Positions 61,601 to 64,000 of a stretch of 64,000 nt of DNA are shown here, piece after piece. A program made the position numbers and the translations under genes. The notes beneath the pieces were generated by a model. The model saw only the letters and a program-made list of their open reading frames with translations, ran no database searches and had not been told where the DNA came from. Source of the DNA: Octopus sinensis. Lineage: Eukaryota. The stretch's first letter is position 1. Every line of letters starts with the position of its first letter. The DNA lies in the NCBI RefSeq assembly GCF_006345805.1, contig NC_042997.1, forward strand, positions 101,742,001-101,806,000, given 5' to 3'.

Positions 61601-63995
61601 AATAACACACTGTTGTTGATATATATTCAATGTTTATCGAAAACTATCCTATTTTCTAACTTATTGGAATCAAACATCACAAAAACAATAAAACCAATTA
61701 AAGAGTACACAGGATTAAAAGAATCAACATACAAAATTGTTATTAACTTGAATTGAGAATTGTTTCTATATATCAAGCCCCGCAAATATGAAATTATATA
61801 AGATAGTAGCAATATCCGTTACTAATGTGAAGACATTAGAAATAGTGTCATGCCAACAGAAGTTCCATATCAATAATGTGGGCTGCTTCTAATGGACTTA
61901 CCATCAGGCAGCTAAATTTCCCTCAAACAACACCCTGCTATTGTATGTAAATGTATATTCTTGCATGAATCATCAAGCAAGATTTCTGTGTCACTTGTTG
62001 GGAAAAGGAGCCAATCCTCTATTAAATACACTCGTCTGTCTCATGTAACTCTGATTCTATATCTAGATATAGCCAGGTCACTCTGCTAGTTGTATTTAAA
62101 AAAAAAAAAAAAACTCTTTAAACTAGAGAGAATTCAGGAAAAAGAAAGAAAAAATTTAGTTTTATTAGAATATGCTATGCTAATCATCAGTTCCTCTTCT
62201 CAAAATTTTTGAAAGAAAAATTAAATATAAACTAATGACAGGATAGGGATGTGGGTGCATTTATTCCAAAATTCAATCGAGATTTTTTTAATTTATAAAA
62301 TTAAGATTGAAAGAACATTTTATATTTTCAGAGAATCAATAAACATTTTAAACAAATATATTCAAACAAGCGTTTCATATGTAATTTTATGGGACATAAA
62401 CTGAACAAATAATCTAGATCTTTAAAAAGAAAATCAGATTGTAGTTTTTCATTGCATACCCTTAATGTCTAGGTTTAAAAATTTGGTCAAAAGTTCATAT
62501 TATACATGAATAAATATGGTATTTCTTCATCGTGAAGACAATGACCAACAGTGCATTTCAGATGAAATTTCTATTTTTCTTTGTAGATAAATATTAGACA
62601 AGCTTCACAGATTTCATTTGGCACTAAAAAAGATTATGCTATATTATAACCTAATTGATGTTAACATTTATCTTTTTGTTTTATTACTATATCAAAGAAG
62701 GAAATTCATTGTCTATAACCATGAAAGTCATAAGGAGTTATAAAGTTGGGGTTTAAGTGTGATTATTAATATGGAGTTTGCAGTTAGTTTTGAGTTCAGC
62801 AGCAATGAAGCAATCCAGAATGAATGACTTCATATAGATGGCATGTAAAATAAGGAAGACAGAGACAGATTATGATTGCAAAAAAATAGAAAGATGAGAT
62901 AAATGTGTGTAGTGATAGTGTATAATTAGCAAATTTGGATGAATCTACAGGAGTAGATAATAAAGAAGGTAAGGTGAAAACTCTGCACATCGGTGGAGCA
63001 GTGTTTAATAATACTGTATTAATTTTAAATTTAAACTAATCATTATTAGAGGTAGGTTAAGTTTCAACTATCACTGGTTACTTCTCTTAATTGATGGATA
63101 TCTGAAATAATATTAAACTGTTTTAGATTTTCTTGGCAAATCTTAGGAAAATTAATTTCATTTTGTTTTTATGACTGCTTTTTCCTTGCTACCTAGCATG
63201 GGTTAGGTGAGTATATAAATAGAAAATATACAACAGAAGAACTTTAGAAGGGGCTTTAACTATACCACCTCCATTTATACTGTTGTATACATTAATCATT
63301 TGCCAAACTCCTGTTATAAGGAGGTATCTTACTTAAACTAATGTTTTTACATTGGTATTTAATTGATTGGATCAATCCCTACCCAGTATATGACAGGGAA
63401 GAAATTGATATCTGTTCGTATTTTGGCAATGTCACAGTGAAGAAGAAATCAACTCTGATAAAATTAAAACTAAGAATGAAGAACAAAACTATATACTTCA
63501 TAAGTATGTATATGTGTGTATAAATGTAGGTGAGTATACATGCACAAACACTGTTCTACTTCCTTTGTTTTTATATTAATATTGAAGAAAGGTAAAACAA
63601 TAAGCAGGTTCTATAAATAAATTTATAAAATTAAAAAAAAAATTCTCACCATAGTTTAAAACAAATGTAAAGTTCAATTTATAATTCAGTTGAAGGGTCT
63701 AATAGTTAAGGAACATTAATAAGGTGCATATAGATATTTTTTTGTGGTCTATCTATTATGATGCATTCAAAAGTAATTCATATGAAAAGGATTTTTGCAA
63801 GAAATCAAAAATTAAAAATAACTTATTGACAGAAAAAATGGTAACTTCTTTCACCTTTGTTTGTCCAAGATCACAAGGTGGTGGTTGTTTAAGTACTTGT
63901 TTCACTGTTTGTACCAAAGTATCAGTTGGTAACACTTTTATGGCATCCACTAATTGAACTAATAGAAGTTGGTCTTCGCAAGGTACTGGTATTAC
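12758..63995 (-). CDS. DOP1A: Dopey/DOP1 family protein (DOP1A/dopey-1/pad-1-like), 3' portion, 13 exons, 640 aa in window, 5'-partial
   Basis: Manually spliced exons 63855-63995, 60682-60842, 58447-58513, 55538-55688, 54239-54342, 52993-53102, 50790-51001, 48440-48592, 48076-48212, 46628-46683, 14467-14631, 14125-14251, 12758-13096. All have AG/GT ends and matching phases; total 1923 nt including TAA. Motifs [72 protein letters not shown] and [11 protein letters not shown] match the Dopey C-terminal region as I recall it from vertebrate DOP1A. Confidence 0.95.
13585..13730 (+). mobile_element. RTE 3'-tail fragment with (GAT)n
   Basis: gaaagggcatccagccatagaaac...gatgatgatgatgat. Confidence 0.7.
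14125..14251 (-). CDS. DOP1A: DOP1 exon ([14 protein letters not shown]...[11 protein letters not shown])
   Basis: tttccctttcag acceptor, gtaagc donor, 127 nt, phase 2-0. Confidence 0.94.
14467..14631 (-). CDS. DOP1A: DOP1 exon ([40 protein letters not shown]...PQFQ)
   Basis: tttttctgttaacag acceptor, gtgagt donor, 165 nt, phase 2-2. Confidence 0.94.
15502..15716. mobile_element. piggyBac-like MITE
   Basis: TTAA flanks, (c)ctttc...gaaaggg ends; reverse copy of the 19192 family. Confidence 0.6.
17281..17384 (-). other. about 104-nt inverted repeat / long hairpin
   Basis: 38/39-nt arms plus an inner cagctga/tcagctg stem; 3 C/T differences and 1 bulge. Confidence 0.85.
17494..18870 (-). mobile_element. 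young 5'-truncated RTE-clade LINE with open RT C-terminal ORF, 3' UTR tandem repeats and (GAT)n tail
   Basis: ORF 18049-18912 has [53 protein letters not shown] and [10 protein letters not shown]; CpG retained. Confidence 0.92.
17594..17880 (-). repeat. about 63-bp tandem repeat (3 near-identical + 2 diverged units) in the RTE 3' UTR
   Basis: Unit tatgtgccaccgacacaggtgccagacgaggctggcagacggccacgctcggatggtg. Confidence 0.9.
19192..19410. mobile_element. piggyBac-like MITE
   Basis: TTAA TSD at 19188-19191 and 19411-19414; TIR ccctttact/actaaaggg. Confidence 0.8.
19620..20400 (+). mobile_element. two tRNA-SINE copies (about 19620-19800 and 20020-20400)
   Basis: gagtttaaattc B-box-like sequence and family cores. 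Confidence 0.7.
28159..28182 (-). CDS. DOP1A: candidate alternative 24-nt microexon of DOP1 (adds VYIKTRSR)
   Basis: tgctttctctctttcatgcag|AGTTTACATCAAGACTCGTTCCAG|gtatca; symmetrical phase 2-2, stop-free, upstream TGC; no transcript evidence. Confidence 0.55.
29160..29575. mobile_element. decayed SINE (-) and piggyBac-like MITE copy
   Basis: Similarity to the families above; end gctaaagggttag. Confidence 0.55.
30541..30748. mobile_element. mariner-derived non-autonomous element
   Basis: TIR ggtactgaaaagttcctggcttt / aaagccaggaacttttcagcacc; interior resembles the mariner transposase C-terminus. Confidence 0.75.
31160..31540 (+). mobile_element. LINE apurinic-endonuclease fragment
   Basis: ORF 31232-31474 ends [23 protein letters not shown], resembling the QL..PT....N.LDL.L endonuclease motif. 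Confidence 0.55.
31541..31690 (+). mobile_element. tRNA-SINE copy
   Basis: Family core gcatggcacggtgggcaagactcttctact. Confidence 0.65.
31715..31889. mobile_element. pogo/Tigger-like MITE with internal (TA)n
   Basis: TA TSD; TIR cagtaggacctc / gaggtactactg. Confidence 0.75.
32040..32290 (+). mobile_element. Penelope-like terminal repeat fragment with decayed hammerhead-like motif
   Basis: tcttttCTGTTGAagagtgtagactcAAAACGTAaaaga at 32163-32201. Confidence 0.5.
32290..33120. repeat. compound TA/CA/TACA microsatellite with higher-order units
   Basis: For example atatatacaaacacacacacatac repeated about 5 times at 32880-33040. Confidence 0.95.
33120..33455 (-). mobile_element. CR1/L2-type LINE 3' end
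   Basis: [19 protein letters not shown]...[17 protein letters not shown]-terminal motif in ORF 33192-33548. Confidence 0.75.
33455..33870. repeat. compound TA-rich microsatellite
   Basis: Direct reading. Confidence 0.95.
34010..35420 (-). mobile_element. Penelope-like element 3' fragment (GIY-YIG endonuclease plus terminal repeat with hammerhead motif), interrupted by an RTE insertion
   Basis: Minus strand encodes frameshifted [23 protein letters not shown]...MADRF...[12 protein letters not shown]; hammerhead core at 34057-34127. Confidence 0.82.
34265..34520 (+). mobile_element. RTE-clade LINE extreme 3' end with (TGA)n tail
   Basis: VQFAGHC...LLLWKP...[16 protein letters not shown]...AMMDREVWR followed by tgatgatgatgatga. 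Confidence 0.8.
35460..36520. repeat. compound TA/CA microsatellite containing an RTE 3'-tail copy at 35660-35930 (-)
   Basis: Direct reading; catcatcatcatttagcgtccgttttccatgc tail family. Confidence 0.9.
36680..36990 (+). mobile_element. tRNA-SINE copy
   Basis: Family core. Confidence 0.65.
40327..40640 (-). mobile_element. RTE/BovB-like LINE 3' end
   Basis: [23 protein letters not shown]...LVCNVCR in ORF 40427-40714. Confidence 0.7.
44290..46100 (+). mobile_element. decayed, internally deleted RTE LINE (endonuclease to 3' tail)
   Basis: [18 protein letters not shown]-like segment, [19 protein letters not shown], (GAT)n tail at about 46085. Confidence 0.8.
46628..46683 (-). CDS. DOP1A: DOP1 exon ([18 protein letters not shown])
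   Basis: tttacttccttatag acceptor, CAG|gtacaa donor, 56 nt, phase 0-2. Confidence 0.92.
48076..48212 (-). CDS. DOP1A: DOP1 exon ([45 protein letters not shown])
   Basis: ttttgatgaatag acceptor, gtgagt donor, 137 nt, phase 1-0. Confidence 0.94.
48440..48592 (-). CDS. DOP1A: DOP1 exon ([32 protein letters not shown]...PDIQ)
   Basis: ctttattttgtag acceptor, AAG|gtaatt donor, 153 nt, phase 1-1. Confidence 0.94.
48620..48900 (+). mobile_element. tRNA-SINE copy
   Basis: catggttctgggttcagtcccactg head and family tail. Confidence 0.7.
49740..50720 (-). mobile_element. Penelope-like element 3' fragment with GIY-YIG endonuclease
   Basis: ORF 50426-50719 has [30 protein letters not shown]; duplicated terminal segments at 49980-50070 and 50200-50310. 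Confidence 0.8.
50790..51001 (-). CDS. DOP1A: DOP1 exon ([27 protein letters not shown]...[10 protein letters not shown])
   Basis: tttctattcacag acceptor, gtaagt donor, 212 nt, phase 2-1. Confidence 0.95.
51181..51590 (-). mobile_element. two tandem tRNA-SINE copies
   Basis: Reverse complements of the SINE family core. Confidence 0.7.
51760..52800 (-). mobile_element. old RTE-like endonuclease-region fragment
   Basis: Decayed coding-like sequence resembling the RTE 5' region; weak. Confidence 0.4.
52993..53102 (-). CDS. DOP1A: DOP1 exon ([36 protein letters not shown])
   Basis: tttgttatatag acceptor, AG|gtttgt donor, 110 nt, phase 0-2. Confidence 0.93.
53249..54190 (+). mobile_element. non-autonomous element, Helentron/DINE-like (inferred)
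   Basis: Starts after (TA)n with tactag and a short hairpin tgacc-tgttg-ggtca; internal direct repeats ttt(c/t)(g/a)gagtattttcccatt at about 53545 and 53680. Confidence 0.4.
54239..54342 (-). CDS. DOP1A: DOP1 exon ([10 protein letters not shown]...[11 protein letters not shown])
   Basis: tcttttattgcag acceptor, GAG|gtaaaa donor, 104 nt, phase 1-0. Confidence 0.92.
54451..54630 (-). mobile_element. tRNA-SINE copy
   Basis: Reverse complement of the family core. Confidence 0.7.
54901..55427. mobile_element. Tc1/mariner-superfamily (pogo/Tc2-like) non-autonomous element
   Basis: TIR ccatatttgccagcatataagatg / catcttatatgccggcaaatatgg; TA left, CA right. Confidence 0.8.
55538..55688 (-). CDS. 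DOP1A: DOP1 exon ([32 protein letters not shown]...)
   Basis: tctgttttag acceptor, gttagt donor, 151 nt, phase 0-1. Confidence 0.93.
55830..56830. mobile_element. cluster of RTE fragments in both orientations (55830-56100 -, 56130-56270 +, 56270-56830 +)
   Basis: Family similarity and two (GAT)n tails. Confidence 0.75.
57045..57305. mobile_element. Tc1/mariner-type MITE
   Basis: TA TSD; about 30-bp TIR ccaataatttcatgcttttatgatacttt / aaagtatcataaaagcattaaactattag. Confidence 0.8.
57500..58250. mobile_element. two inverted copies (about 190 bp) of a Penelope-type terminal repeat with hammerhead-like core, enclosing an RTE tail fragment
   Basis: 57500-57695 is the reverse complement of 58030-58240; 35-bp direct duplication at 57674 and 57987. 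Confidence 0.7.
58447..58513 (-). CDS. DOP1A: DOP1 exon ([22 protein letters not shown])
   Basis: tttttaacttcag acceptor, CAG|gtaaaa donor, 67 nt, phase 2-0. Confidence 0.92.
58612..58820. mobile_element. piggyBac-like MITE
   Basis: TTAA flanks; ctctttagt / gctaaagag ends; same family as 19192. Confidence 0.7.
59061..59940. mobile_element. SINE copies (59061-59240 +; 59570-59940 -)
   Basis: ttctgagtttaaattccaccgaggtcgac B-box region and family cores. Confidence 0.7.
60227..60480 (-). mobile_element. RTE-like LINE 3' fragment
   Basis: ORF 60231-60473 has [24 protein letters not shown], resembling RTE C-termini. Confidence 0.45.
60682..60842 (-). CDS. DOP1A: DOP1 exon ([18 protein letters not shown]...SPPGLFLLL)
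   Basis: tttcattatttag acceptor, gtaagt donor, 161 nt, phase 0-2. Confidence 0.93.
63855..63995 (-). CDS. DOP1A: DOP1 exon ([47 protein letters not shown])
   Basis: ttcag acceptor at the window edge, AAG|gtgaaa donor, 141 nt, phase 0-0. Confidence 0.88.
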
Positions 63996-64000
63996 CTGAA

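Noticed and set aside
1-64000. CRISPR arrays, functional tRNA or rRNA genes, prokaryotic operons
   Set aside because: The sequence is intron-rich eukaryotic DNA. tRNA-like boxes belong to SINE heads, the rRNA matches are decayed NUMT fragments, and the 63-bp tandem units lack unique spacers.

Overview
AT-rich animal genomic DNA, very probably a coleoid cephalopod (Octopus-like). This is inferred from the cephalopod-type mitochondrial 12S/16S insert, the octopus-type tRNA-SINE and RTE families, and the large TA/CA microsatellites. The main gene is the 3' part of a Dopey/DOP1 (DOP1A/pad-1-like) gene on the minus strand. I reconstructed 13 phase-consistent GT-AG exons between 63995 and 12758, giving 640 aa to the stop; the gene starts beyond the right edge. 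One intron (14632-46627) is about 32 kb, whereas the others are about 0.2-3 kb. It holds a candidate 24-nt in-frame microexon, further candidate cassette exons, a recursive-splice-like site, a strand-asymmetric hairpin and a fairly intact hammerhead-like motif. A second minus-strand gene starts at 2596 (exons 2498-2596 and 581-709; Lys/Arg-rich N-terminus, possibly NOM1/Sgd1-like) and runs off the left edge, with a foldback MITE just upstream of its ATG. The intergenic region contains an LTR-like element, a decayed Penelope-like element and a rearranged NUMT (12S +, 16S -). The rest is RTE/CR1 LINE fragments, Penelope-like (GIY-YIG) fragments, SINEs, DNA-transposon MITEs and simple repeats. 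Most ORFs in the supplied track are microsatellite or repeat artefacts. No expression data were available, so all alternative-splicing and ribozyme calls are predictions. Repeat boundaries are approximate.
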